Shown here in pieces: positions 1 to 8,478 of a stretch of DNA of 64,000 bases. A model generated the notes under the pieces. That model was not told the DNA's origin. It made no database searches and saw only the letters and a list, made by a program, of their open reading frames with translations. The stretch is from positions 1 through 64,000 of the IMG/VR virus record IMGVR_UViG_3300032295_001098. One strand, given 5' to 3'. A program made the position numbers and the translations under genes. Every line of letters starts with the position of its first letter. The first letter of the stretch is position 1. This DNA is from a virus (Duplodnaviria; Caudoviricetes).

Positions 1-41
1 ACTCCAGGTTTGATGCCTTGTGTCGTAGCAGAAATAGTCAT
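1..41 (-). CDS. 5' end of a fibre/appendage-family gene running off the window (MTISATTQGIKPG...)
   Basis: ATG at 41 overlaps the stop of 41..625; IKPG resembles the LKPGV preceding the CTSTTRP module in the neighbour. Confidence 0.5.
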   Translation of the reverse strand, partial: MTISATTQGIKPG

Positions 42-625
42 TAGCCAGCAATCTCCATCAAAATCATGTATGAATCACTACCGTTCCCCTGCACTTCTGC
101 CAACGATGCAGCAATAAAGTTTGCATATTGCACCTTGTAAGTAACAGCAGAAGAAGTAGACGGAGAATCCAAGTAAAGAAGTGGAACAGTTCCAACGATT
201 GTCTCGTTTGTCCCAGAATACAAATTTGCATACGAAGTTGTAATTGTTGTGGAATCTCTCACAATTCTTAAGTTAACTGCGCTGCCAGCGTTTGTAGATG
301 TCTTGGCACATGGAACAGACGCGTATACAAGAATCTTGCTAGAAGTAGATTTAGGCGTAATGGAAGCGGACAAACCTGTATCAGAAAAAGTTGTACTAGA
401 TGTTTGCAAAACACCAGTGCCAGTATCAGAAACAACTTGTAAAACAGTTCCGTTAGTTGGCGTTGTAGCGGCAATATAACGCCATGCAGAACCGTTCCAA
501 ATAGCAACCATGTCAGTGTCGGTTTCGTAAACCATCTGACCCTCATAAGGGCTGGCAGGGCGTGTAGTACTAGTGCACACCCCAGGCTTCAATGAGCCAA
601 TGCCATAACCTTCAGTAAATGGCAT
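41..625 (-). CDS. virion fibre/appendage protein
   Basis: N-terminal CTSTTRPASPYEGQMVYETDT module plus Ser/Thr-rich beta domain ending ILMEIAG; tail-gene context. Confidence 0.6.
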   Translation of the reverse strand: MPFTEGYGIGSLKPGVCTSTTRPASPYEGQMVYETDTDMVAIWNGSAWRYIAATTPTNGTVLQVVSDTGTGVLQTSSTTFSDTGLSASITPKSTSSKILVYASVPCAKTSTNAGSAVNLRIVRDSTTITTSYANLYSGTNETIVGTVPLLYLDSPSTSSAVTYKVQYANFIAASLAEVQGNGSDSYMILMEIAG

Positions 626-963
626 TAGGCAGTCTGCTTCTCCCAGCCAACGGCGGTTACCGTGACTTTGGCGGCTGTGTCTGACAATCCTTGTAATGTC
701 TCACCAGCGGCTAGAACAATAGCGGTATCCCAGACCATGAGATCGTTTGCGCCAATAGGGAGCGCCGACATGATGCGGTTAGCGGCTGTAGCCGCAGACC
801 CAATAGCCAACGTCACAGTACGGTCAACCGTATCCGTGTTTGCAATGATTATTTGCTTAATGATGTCAGCGTACCCAGTTGCGGCTGTAACAATTGTGGT
901 CGTAGATGTGCCTAATTGAACTGGGCCACCAAGCCGTGCTTCGTTTCTGTCTCCGATTGCCAT
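625..963 (-). CDS. small virion structural protein
   Basis: 112 aa beta-rich Ala/Thr protein translationally coupled within the fibre cluster. Confidence 0.55.
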   Translation of the reverse strand: MAIGDRNEARLGGPVQLGTSTTTIVTAATGYADIIKQIIIANTDTVDRTVTLAIGSAATAANRIMSALPIGANDLMVWDTAIVLAAGETLQGLSDTAAKVTVTAVGWEKQTA

Positions 964-1434
964 TTACGCTCCTATGGTCATAGTCATAATTGCACCTTCT
1001 GTAGTGGTTGAAAGACCACCAGACGGAGGGATGATTGACCATTTTACACCCGAAGTGGTAGACGAGTCAGCGGTCAGAACGTAGGCGTTAGATGCTCCAG
1101 CCGCTAGTTTTGCCGCCGTAATAGCGTTTGCGGCTATCTTTGCTGTAGTAACTGAATCACTAGCAAGTTTGGCATCAGTAACGGCAAGTGCGGCTATTTT
1201 TGCAGTAGTGACTGCATCAGTAGCAAGTTTTGTCTCCGTAACGGCGTTTGCGGCTACTTTTATAGCAGTAACTGAGTCCGTAGCAAGTTTGTCAGCGGTT
1301 ACTTCGCTATTGGCAATAACATACGTTGCTGGGGTACTTAGGATCCAAGCAGAGCCGTTGTAGACCCAGCGCTTACCCCCAGATACAAAAGCGTCATTAG
1401 TTGACGGGCTGTTAGGAAAGTCAATTGCTGGCAT
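964..1434 (-). CDS. fibre protein with VTxAKLAxDS decapeptide repeats
   Basis: AIDFPNSP N-terminus shared with 1480..2178; about 7 ten-residue repeats. Confidence 0.6.
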   Translation of the reverse strand: MPAIDFPNSPSTNDAFVSGGKRWVYNGSAWILSTPATYVIANSEVTADKLATDSVTAIKVAANAVTETKLATDAVTTAKIAALAVTDAKLASDSVTTAKIAANAITAAKLAAGASNAYVLTADSSTTSGVKWSIIPPSGGLSTTTEGAIMTMTIGA

Positions 1435-1479
1435 TAGGACTCCAATTCATTTTTATTATAAAAAGTAATCATTTGTTAC

Positions 1480-2178
1480 CTATGCAGGTCCAATATCTTC
1501 AACAATAATTACGGATGGGTAATCGGATGCAGCCAATGTTGACGCAGAAGTAATACCTAAAAAGTTGCTTCTGACTTTTCGTGTTTGGCTTCCGCTGAGT
1601 CCAGTTGTATAGCCAGTTACATTGACGCTTGGGTACGATATAGCCGCAGCATATGTTCCGCCTTCAGCAACTCTCACCCCTGAACCGTCAGCAACAGTAA
1701 CAAATAAACTTCCAGTTCCTGCGCCAACAGAGAAATAAACAAAAGCAGTTGTTTTATACATACGACCAGAAATGGCAGTCCACGTAACAGAAAGACCAGT
1801 TACATCGGTGGATGTTGCGCTTAATGTAAATGCTGTTGAGCGACTTGCATAACCAACTTGCCCCCACGCACTATTCCAGTTTGCGTACCAAGCCGATCCA
1901 TTCCATACTAATGTTTTATCCGTGTCAGTCTCGTAAATAGATTGACCATCAAATGGCGATCCTGGTCTGGTAGAAGACGTGCAGATAGTAGTGCCTGACA
2001 AAGTAGATGCTAACTTTGCTTGAGTTACAGCATTATTGGCAAGGTCTGTAGTCCCTACTGTTCCAGCGCCAACCGCACCACTTTTAAGTTCCCAAATCGT
2101 TCCAGTCCATGTCCAAGTACGTGAACCTACCGTGTAGGTGTCATTTGTGGCAGGGGAGTTAGGGAAGTCAATTGCCAT
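1480..2178 (-). CDS. virion fibre/appendage protein
   Basis: MAIDFPNSP module + CTSSTRPGSPFDGQSIYETDT module + C-terminal IIVEDIGPA domain. Confidence 0.6.
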   Translation of the reverse strand: MAIDFPNSPATNDTYTVGSRTWTWTGTIWELKSGAVGAGTVGTTDLANNAVTQAKLASTLSGTTICTSSTRPGSPFDGQSIYETDTDKTLVWNGSAWYANWNSAWGQVGYASRSTAFTLSATSTDVTGLSVTWTAISGRMYKTTAFVYFSVGAGTGSLFVTVADGSGVRVAEGGTYAAAISYPSVNVTGYTTGLSGSQTRKVRSNFLGITSASTLAASDYPSVIIVEDIGPA

Positions 2179-2444
2179 TATGCCTCTGCAATACTCGCTT
2201 CTATTTCTGCTTGTTTCTCTGCGGCAGATTGAATATTTGCGGCAAGAACTACAGCGTCACGGTCAGCAGGGATTTCTGTAATGGTAGGGTCAGACAGCAT
2301 GCGCTGTACTTCTGCTTGGAAGATTTCCTCTATTGCCAAACGACAGCGTTCTTTTACCGCATTGTCAATCCAATCTTGTGGGTCAACAGCAATATAAGCA
2401 AGTGCCTTGTTTTCTGCTTCAGTGAGTGTGATTGTGTAATTCAT
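2178..2444 (-). CDS. putative tail fibre assembly/chaperone protein
   Basis: small acidic helical ORF directly downstream of the long fibre gene. Confidence 0.45.
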   Translation of the reverse strand: MNYTITLTEAENKALAYIAVDPQDWIDNAVKERCRLAIEEIFQAEVQRMLSDPTITEIPADRDAVVLAANIQSAAEKQAEIEASIAEA

Positions 2445-2452
2445 AAAATCTC

Positions 2453-5400
2453 CTAACCTATTAAATAACCAGAAAAGTTGCTGTAATTACCGTCAGTGTA
2501 CATTACGCCAGCACCAGACTCATAACGAAGCGTTACATAGTCGTTAGCCGCTAAATAAATAACACCATAAGCGTAAGTTGACTGCCACCCAGCCGCATCT
2601 TTGAAAAAGATAAACCGCAACCCACCAACGCCACCGCCGTTTTTGTACAATGCATGTCTGTACTCGCCCGTGTTTCCGTTTTGTTGTAGACAATTATATG
2701 CAAACCAGTAAGAGCCAGCAATAGGTGCAGTAAATCTTCCGTTTGATGTGTTGTAACAACTACCAGCGTTTACGGTTGTAGTTGCAAATACAAGGTCTTG
2801 ACCAGCGCTTGCGGCGTTAACATTGTATGATGAGAACGATGGGTTATATGGAGTAGTCACCCAACCAGTGCTACTGGCATTTATTCTGTCAAGTCCAGCA
2901 GTTCTAAGACTTATCCCACCAGTATTATTAATCAGATAACTGTTAGTGTCGGTTGCATGACCTAATAGTAAAAAAGTATTATTAGTGCCAACTCCACGAT
3001 AAGCAGAACCACCAGTCCAATCACCTAGCCAAACATTACCGCTAGCATTTGTTGCCGTGATTCTTCCTGGACCAGCCACATCGCCTGTAAATGTTGGTGA
3101 TGCTGTCGGGGCTTTAGCATTCAACTGTGTCTGGATAGCAGAAGTGACTCCATCCACATAACCCAATTCAGTAGAAGTAATTGTGCCGATAGAAGTTGTT
3201 GAAGGAAGAACTACTGTTCCTGTAAACGTAGGCCCTGCTAATGGGGCTTTAGAATCCAACTGTGTTTGAATTGCCGAAGTTACTCCGTCTACATATCCGA
3301 TTTCGGTAGAGGTAACAGTTCCAATTGAGGTCGTAGAAGGGAGAACTACGGTTCCTGTAAAAGTAGGTCCTGCGGCTGGAGCATAAGTAGGGGTGATCCA
3401 CTCAACCCCATTTGTTGCGGAACTGTTTGCTTGTAGCAATTGACCGTTAGTACCAACTGCTTGGCGAGCCAATGTGTTATCGGCGGTTCCTAAAAGGAGA
3501 TCGCCTTTAGCGTCAACAAGGTTAAACACCGTGTTTGCGGCTACTGCACCTACTTCAATCCATGCTGAATCGTAATAAACGTAGGTACCACCTGTAGAAC
3601 TATTAAACCAAAGTTGTCCAGTTACAGGTGATGCTGGGGCGGCATCTGCGGCTATTGCCGCCATACCTGCCGCACCTACTTCTACCCAGAATGAGTCGTA
3701 GTAAGCAAAGGTTTGGGCAGTATCGGATTTAAACCAAAGTTGACCTTCAAGTGGTGTAGATGGGGCCGTTTCACTGACATACATCTTTGCTCCACCAGAT
3801 GTTCCACCGATTTCAACCCAGAACGAATCGTAGTAAACGTATGTTTTAGCGGTGCTGGAGTCAAACCAAATGCTTCCAGATTCTGGAGAAGATGGTGGAG
3901 TTGTAGAAGCAGTAACTGTAGATCCACCACTAGCCGCTGATGCGGCTGTCCATATAGAGCCGTTATATGTAAGGACATCTCCAGCGGAAGCGCCACTTGT
4001 ATTGACGTCATAAATATCGTCAAGAACAACACTTGCCATTGCTGTTGAGTGGTCAAGGGCGTTATGGCGAGCGTCGGTTAAGTACTGGGTATGGTCATCA
4101 TCTGCAAGACCCGTCATTGACCCGTGGTCAGATACTGGAGTTGATGGGATTGCACTGCCATTGGAGGACACACGGCGCAAGTCATAAATACCACGAATAG
4201 CGGCATTTACGGAGTTCGTGAATGAATCGGTTCCTTGGAATACAACCTTGTGCAGTGGGCGGAATTCAACAATTGGGAAGCCGTCAAGGTTGAGGTCTTC
4301 CCAGGCAGCGGCTTCTGCTTCACCAATAGTTAGATATTCATCTTGGCCCATGATTGCAATAACGGGTTCGTTTAGGTTATTTGTTGCAATAATCCATGAA
4401 ATCGCAAACTTATTATTAGCAATATCTACTGTTGACCAGTTCGGCGAAGAAAACAGGTTGTATTGAGGGCGAGATGTTCCCTGTTTAAATGCAAATTCTG
4501 TTGCAGTATCTTTTTTCCAATGATTGTTTGTTCTGTAAAATACTGGAATTTCAGCATTACCCTCAAGAACCTGCTCCCATGTATTTGCCGTAGGCGTATT
4601 TGAGTGCACAATATCAACTTGTAGGTCTTCATCAAAGAATGTTCCGCCAGCAAGGTCAAACTTGGCATGAGTATCCGACGAACCGTTGCCATCAATTGAA
4701 TAGTTTGAAACTCCAAAACCGTTGGCTATAGCCGCACCACGGGTTCTGTGGAGATACTCATGGGTTGCCCAGTCAAGCGTTATACCATGACGCTCATCAG
4801 CAAAGAAATACGCTTTGTTGTCTACTTCGTTCCAGTAGATGTAAGCAGTTGGAGCGTCTGTGTCCCAAACAAAATAACTGGTGCGATATGAGAGCACACC
4901 CGAGGAACTGAAGTAAATATAGTAGAGACCTGATGTATCAGGAATCTCAACAGTTTCCGTACCCGTTTTTACAAAACGCTTTCCAGCACACCATACGGTG
5001 TAAGAAGTAGATGCTGGAGCAATAGAGAATGTCCTAGTTCCTTCATTAAAGGAAATTACGCTGTCGTCTTTGTTCTCGTGACCCATCGGTTCATTTGATG
5101 GGCGAACTGTGTTAACCCAGTTTGTTCCGTTGTATACAAGTATTTGACCATTGGTTGCTGATGTAATGGTAACGTCAGTAAGACCATCAAGGTTGGTAGC
5201 ACCAACAGTTGAGGAAGCAACGTTTACCCATGCTGTTCCGTTCCACTGGATTAGATCACCGTTTGATGGAGAAGGTGCGGTTACGTTTCCAATGTCATCA
5301 AGTGTTGCAACGCCACCAGATGCACCTACTTCAACCCATGATGAGTCATAATAAACGTATGTCCTAGCATTAGAAGAATTAAACCAAAGGTCACCTACTT

Positions 5401-5767
5401 CTGGTGATGCAGGCGCTGTATCTGAAACAGTAAGTGAGGCACCACCTGATGCGGCAACATCTCCTGGAACAAACTTGACACCGTTAAAGACAAGTGCTTG
5501 AGTTGTTGTCGCACCTGTAGTGTCAATTTCAATGTTGTCTACAAACAGAGTTGGTGTTTTAAAAGTGTCGTCTGTTTGTAATACATCAGCAGATGCACGA
5601 TAAAGGTTTACGTCCCCAGCAGATGCGCCAGAACCCCAAGTAAGACGACCACCTGCCTCAACTTTTAGGCGAGAAAAGGTATCTTGGTCAACATAAACGG
5701 TGACAGCATCAGAACCAGCAGACGCAAGTTGCTTGACAGTAATAGGTACTGTAAATTTCTGTGCCAC
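2453..5767 (-). CDS. long tail fibre with C-terminal C1q/TNF-like domain
   Basis: 1104 aa; repeated GxLWFxSxxAxTYVYYDSxWVEVG modules; C-terminal NGRFTAPIAGSYWF...NFSGYLIG C1q-type signature. Confidence 0.75.
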   Translation of the reverse strand: MAQKFTVPITVKQLASAGSDAVTVYVDQDTFSRLKVEAGGRLTWGSGASAGDVNLYRASADVLQTDDTFKTPTLFVDNIEIDTTGATTTQALVFNGVKFVPGDVAASGGASLTVSDTAPASPEVGDLWFNSSNARTYVYYDSSWVEVGASGGVATLDDIGNVTAPSPSNGDLIQWNGTAWVNVASSTVGATNLDGLTDVTITSATNGQILVYNGTNWVNTVRPSNEPMGHENKDDSVISFNEGTRTFSIAPASTSYTVWCAGKRFVKTGTETVEIPDTSGLYYIYFSSSGVLSYRTSYFVWDTDAPTAYIYWNEVDNKAYFFADERHGITLDWATHEYLHRTRGAAIANGFGVSNYSIDGNGSSDTHAKFDLAGGTFFDEDLQVDIVHSNTPTANTWEQVLEGNAEIPVFYRTNNHWKKDTATEFAFKQGTSRPQYNLFSSPNWSTVDIANNKFAISWIIATNNLNEPVIAIMGQDEYLTIGEAEAAAWEDLNLDGFPIVEFRPLHKVVFQGTDSFTNSVNAAIRGIYDLRRVSSNGSAIPSTPVSDHGSMTGLADDDHTQYLTDARHNALDHSTAMASVVLDDIYDVNTSGASAGDVLTYNGSIWTAASAASGGSTVTASTTPPSSPESGSIWFDSSTAKTYVYYDSFWVEIGGTSGGAKMYVSETAPSTPLEGQLWFKSDTAQTFAYYDSFWVEVGAAGMAAIAADAAPASPVTGQLWFNSSTGGTYVYYDSAWIEVGAVAANTVFNLVDAKGDLLLGTADNTLARQAVGTNGQLLQANSSATNGVEWITPTYAPAAGPTFTGTVVLPSTTSIGTVTSTEIGYVDGVTSAIQTQLDSKAPLAGPTFTGTVVLPSTTSIGTITSTELGYVDGVTSAIQTQLNAKAPTASPTFTGDVAGPGRITATNASGNVWLGDWTGGSAYRGVGTNNTFLLLGHATDTNSYLINNTGGISLRTAGLDRINASSTGWVTTPYNPSFSSYNVNAASAGQDLVFATTTVNAGSCYNTSNGRFTAPIAGSYWFAYNCLQQNGNTGEYRHALYKNGGGVGGLRFIFFKDAAGWQSTYAYGVIYLAANDYVTLRYESGAGVMYTDGNYSNFSGYLIG
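3087..3383 (-). repeat. in-frame tandem duplication (45 codons x2 plus partial third) in tail fibre
   Basis: APxAGPTFTGTVVLPSTTSIGTxTSTExGYVDGVTSAIQTQL twice, then APTASPTFTG; ends approximate. Confidence 0.8.
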
Positions 5768-5815
5768 GACCTCAATCGCTTCCTATGTTGTGACCCCTCA
5801 AGGTCTATTTAATTA

Positions 5816-7114
5816 CTAACCTACTACAACAATAGTGTAATCGTTAGCAGAGATGGTGCCGTACAAGACAACTGAGAGAGTGTCTCCGTTAGAGCGAGTC
5901 ACATCTCCAATAACTGTTGCACCACTTGATACTTCGTAAATCTGCACGTTTACATCAGTTGTTCCAAAGTTGTGAGTAACTGTAGTGGTTGAAACGCCTG
6001 TGCTACTTGCGGCACAACCTTGCTTGGCAATACGAGCAAGTGCTGAAGTAGTTGTTGTAACTGCGCCAGCAGTCGTCTTGATACCAAGGTTCGTACGAGC
6101 AGTTGCCGCATCACTTGCGCCAGTACCACCGTCTGTAACAGCAACATCTGTACCGTTCCATACACCCGTGGTGATCGTACCAAGGGTAGTGATGCTGGAT
6201 TGACCAACATAGTTGGCAGAAATGTCTACAGCATCAGAACTGACAGAAATACGGTCAGTGGTTCCGTTTACATTGAGGGTGTTACCAGTCTTGGTAAGAC
6301 CGTCGCCAGCAAAAATAGATCCAGCAACCGAGAACAAAGCCCATGTTAGACCCGTTACACCTACGTTGATGGTTCCGTTGGTGGTGAGAACCCAACCGCT
6401 GTCTGCGTTAAGTGTTCCTTCTTCAACAAAGGTGAATGCACCAGGGGTTACTTCTGCGTTAGAGTCAAAGTCTGTTGCACGAACTGCGGCACCCGAAGCC
6501 TGCACAACGTAGATACCGTTCTCAGATGCAGTGCTCTGATCTTTAACGAGAACACGGTCACCAGTAGCAAGAGTTACGTTGGTATCAAGGGTGTCACCGT
6601 TTTCAAGGTCTGACGCAAGGTTGATTGGCGCTGTTGTGGCGGCACGAACCGACGCTTTAACATCAAGACCTGAGCGAGCGGCGTCTACATAGCCCTTAGT
6701 TGCGGCATGTGCATCATCGGTAGGGGTGCCAAACTTGGCTTGACCGTTAGCGTCACGGATAACCAACTTGTTGGCGGTTGCTTCTGAAGTAGCATCTGCC
6801 AACTTTGAGAAGTCTGAAGCCGATAGAAGACCAGCACTTGCTGAAGTAGCAAGGTTTGGTGTAATGGTAATAGCACCATTAGATTCACTAATAGTAAGGG
6901 CGGTTGACTGGGAACCAGCAGAGGTAACCCCAGTGATCATCTTTCGCCATGCAGAAGCGGTAGCGTCGTAAACCTTAATAGTACCTTCAGTGCTATTAAA
7001 GATCATGCGACCATCAAAGTTGCCCGTGTTAGGGTCGGTGCCTACAACCTCAAACGTGCCGTTAAGCAGTTGATTCTGATTGAGGTCAATATTAGTTAGA
7101 AACTTTTGAGCCAT
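5816..7114 (-). CDS. tail fibre/collar-type structural protein
   Basis: AATKGYVD...LDVKASVRAATT...GDRVLVKDQSTASENGIYV motif typical of phage fibre proteins. Confidence 0.7.
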   Translation of the reverse strand: MAQKFLTNIDLNQNQLLNGTFEVVGTDPNTGNFDGRMIFNSTEGTIKVYDATASAWRKMITGVTSAGSQSTALTISESNGAITITPNLATSASAGLLSASDFSKLADATSEATANKLVIRDANGQAKFGTPTDDAHAATKGYVDAARSGLDVKASVRAATTAPINLASDLENGDTLDTNVTLATGDRVLVKDQSTASENGIYVVQASGAAVRATDFDSNAEVTPGAFTFVEEGTLNADSGWVLTTNGTINVGVTGLTWALFSVAGSIFAGDGLTKTGNTLNVNGTTDRISVSSDAVDISANYVGQSSITTLGTITTGVWNGTDVAVTDGGTGASDAATARTNLGIKTTAGAVTTTTSALARIAKQGCAASSTGVSTTTVTHNFGTTDVNVQIYEVSSGATVIGDVTRSNGDTLSVVLYGTISANDYTIVVVG

Positions 7115-7123
7115 TAAGATTCC

Positions 7124-7555
7124 TTACGTGAGGTAGGCATAGCCAGAGAACGCTGATGTAAAGTTTACTACAACTTGTGTGGTACTTGAGTAGGTAACTT
7201 CCCCAATAACTACTGTTTTGGCGCTATCCACAATGGAGACCGAAGGGTAGCCACCTAAAGCATGGTTAATTGTCCATGTTGTGGCAACTGTTCCTTGAGT
7301 GTGGACATGGCGAACAGATGCGGGGTAAACAAGGTTTAGTACTTGATTTGGAGAAATACCCGTAATACTGGCGCTTGCTGTTTCGGCAACAGTAACTGTT
7401 CCAATAGTCAGATTGTTTGCAGGACCAGCGACACCTGGGTCATGAACTTCAATTACTTGGTCAGCAGGGTCTGTGACAACAGAAACCGTCTTCTTCTGCG
7501 TTACCGTAACGTACTTGTTCGGTTGCTTTGTTACCTCAACGGTATTGGTGGTCAT
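7124..7555 (-). CDS. virion structural protein
   Basis: likely start ATG 7555 overlapping upstream stop; C-terminal WTINHALGGYPSVSIVD...FSGYAYLT module. Confidence 0.6.
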   Translation of the reverse strand: MTTNTVEVTKQPNKYVTVTQKKTVSVVTDPADQVIEVHDPGVAGPANNLTIGTVTVAETASASITGISPNQVLNLVYPASVRHVHTQGTVATTWTINHALGGYPSVSIVDSAKTVVIGEVTYSSTTQVVVNFTSAFSGYAYLT

Positions 7556-8268
7556 GCGGGCGGTGCGGAGATAGAGGCTTCTACAACAACAGTTCCAGAT
7601 GCCAAACAATCCCAATCACCAGCCGAGTCCTGAACAAACAAATCAAAGTTGTAACTACCTGCGGCAATTGTGTTTTTGTCTGAAATATGCATTTCTAGTG
7701 TCGCACCAGCAATTGGAGCAAGATAACCACGGCGCTCCGCAGGGAGTGCAATGACGGTCGCTTCTGATGGGGTAGACGAGTACCAGCGCAAGTCCAGCAC
7801 AGTGGTGCCTGCGGTGTCCTTTGCCTGCATGTAGGCGTTCTGAACGGTAAGGACGTCGCCATCGGCGTCTTTCCATGTAAATGTGCGACGGAAGTCCACA
7901 CGTTGCTTGAAACGGATTTCCATTGCCTGTGAGTCCTCCATCGGGGTTATATTGTCAAGAGCCGACACAACGATTGTACCCCGTGCAACAGGGCGCTGAA
8001 TATCGTCAATAGTGGCGAGGACGTCATACTCAAGTTCTCCTAGAGGGAGGTCTTGGGTCTCTTCGGCGCTCAAGTAGAGCATAATGCCATTTGCACTTGT
8101 TATTTCAACAGTCAACTCTTTTTTAGCCAAACTCGTTGTCTGGATAAACGACCGAGCCTCAGTAGGCTTTATCTGCTTACGGGTGCGGCGATCCTTGACA
8201 ATGATCAAACGCTCCCAAGGTAACCCACGGACAATTGAATAATTAATGGTGTGGGAATTAGTGGTCAT
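7552..8268 (-). CDS. structural protein with duplicated domain
   Basis: two similar halves (YDVLATID...ARGTIVV / FDLFVQD...ASGTVVV). Confidence 0.5.
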   Translation of the reverse strand: MTTNSHTINYSIVRGLPWERLIIVKDRRTRKQIKPTEARSFIQTTSLAKKELTVEITSANGIMLYLSAEETQDLPLGELEYDVLATIDDIQRPVARGTIVVSALDNITPMEDSQAMEIRFKQRVDFRRTFTWKDADGDVLTVQNAYMQAKDTAGTTVLDLRWYSSTPSEATVIALPAERRGYLAPIAGATLEMHISDKNTIAAGSYNFDLFVQDSAGDWDCLASGTVVVEASISAPPA

Positions 8269-8277
8269 GTTATAAGT

Positions 8278-8451
8278 TTACTCTACGGAGTCGTCACCTT
8301 TTAGAAGGGCGCCAGCGAGGTGTATCACCAAGGAGGCGATTGTAATCCAAATACCCCATTTTAACGTCTGACCGCTAAGGGTGATTAGGACCATGCCCGT
8401 ACCACCCAGCGTCCAAGCCAGAGCGTGCATTTCATTAATAAGTTTCTTCAC
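8278..8451 (-). CDS. small two-TM membrane protein (57 aa, holin-like), not in ORF track
   Basis: AGGAG SD, GTG start; MKKLINEMHALAWTLGGTGMVLITLSGQTLKWGIWITIASLVIHLAGALLKGDDSVE. Confidence 0.6.
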   Translation of the reverse strand: MKKLINEMHALAWTLGGTGMVLITLSGQTLKWGIWITIASLVIHLAGALLKGDDSVE

Positions 8452-8478
8452 AGGTCTCCTAGAAAAAGGTCAGATGGG

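Noticed and set aside
2453-5767. Diversity-generating retroelement acting on the fibre
   Set aside because: No reverse transcriptase or template/variable repeat pair seen; the repeats are ordinary in-frame duplications
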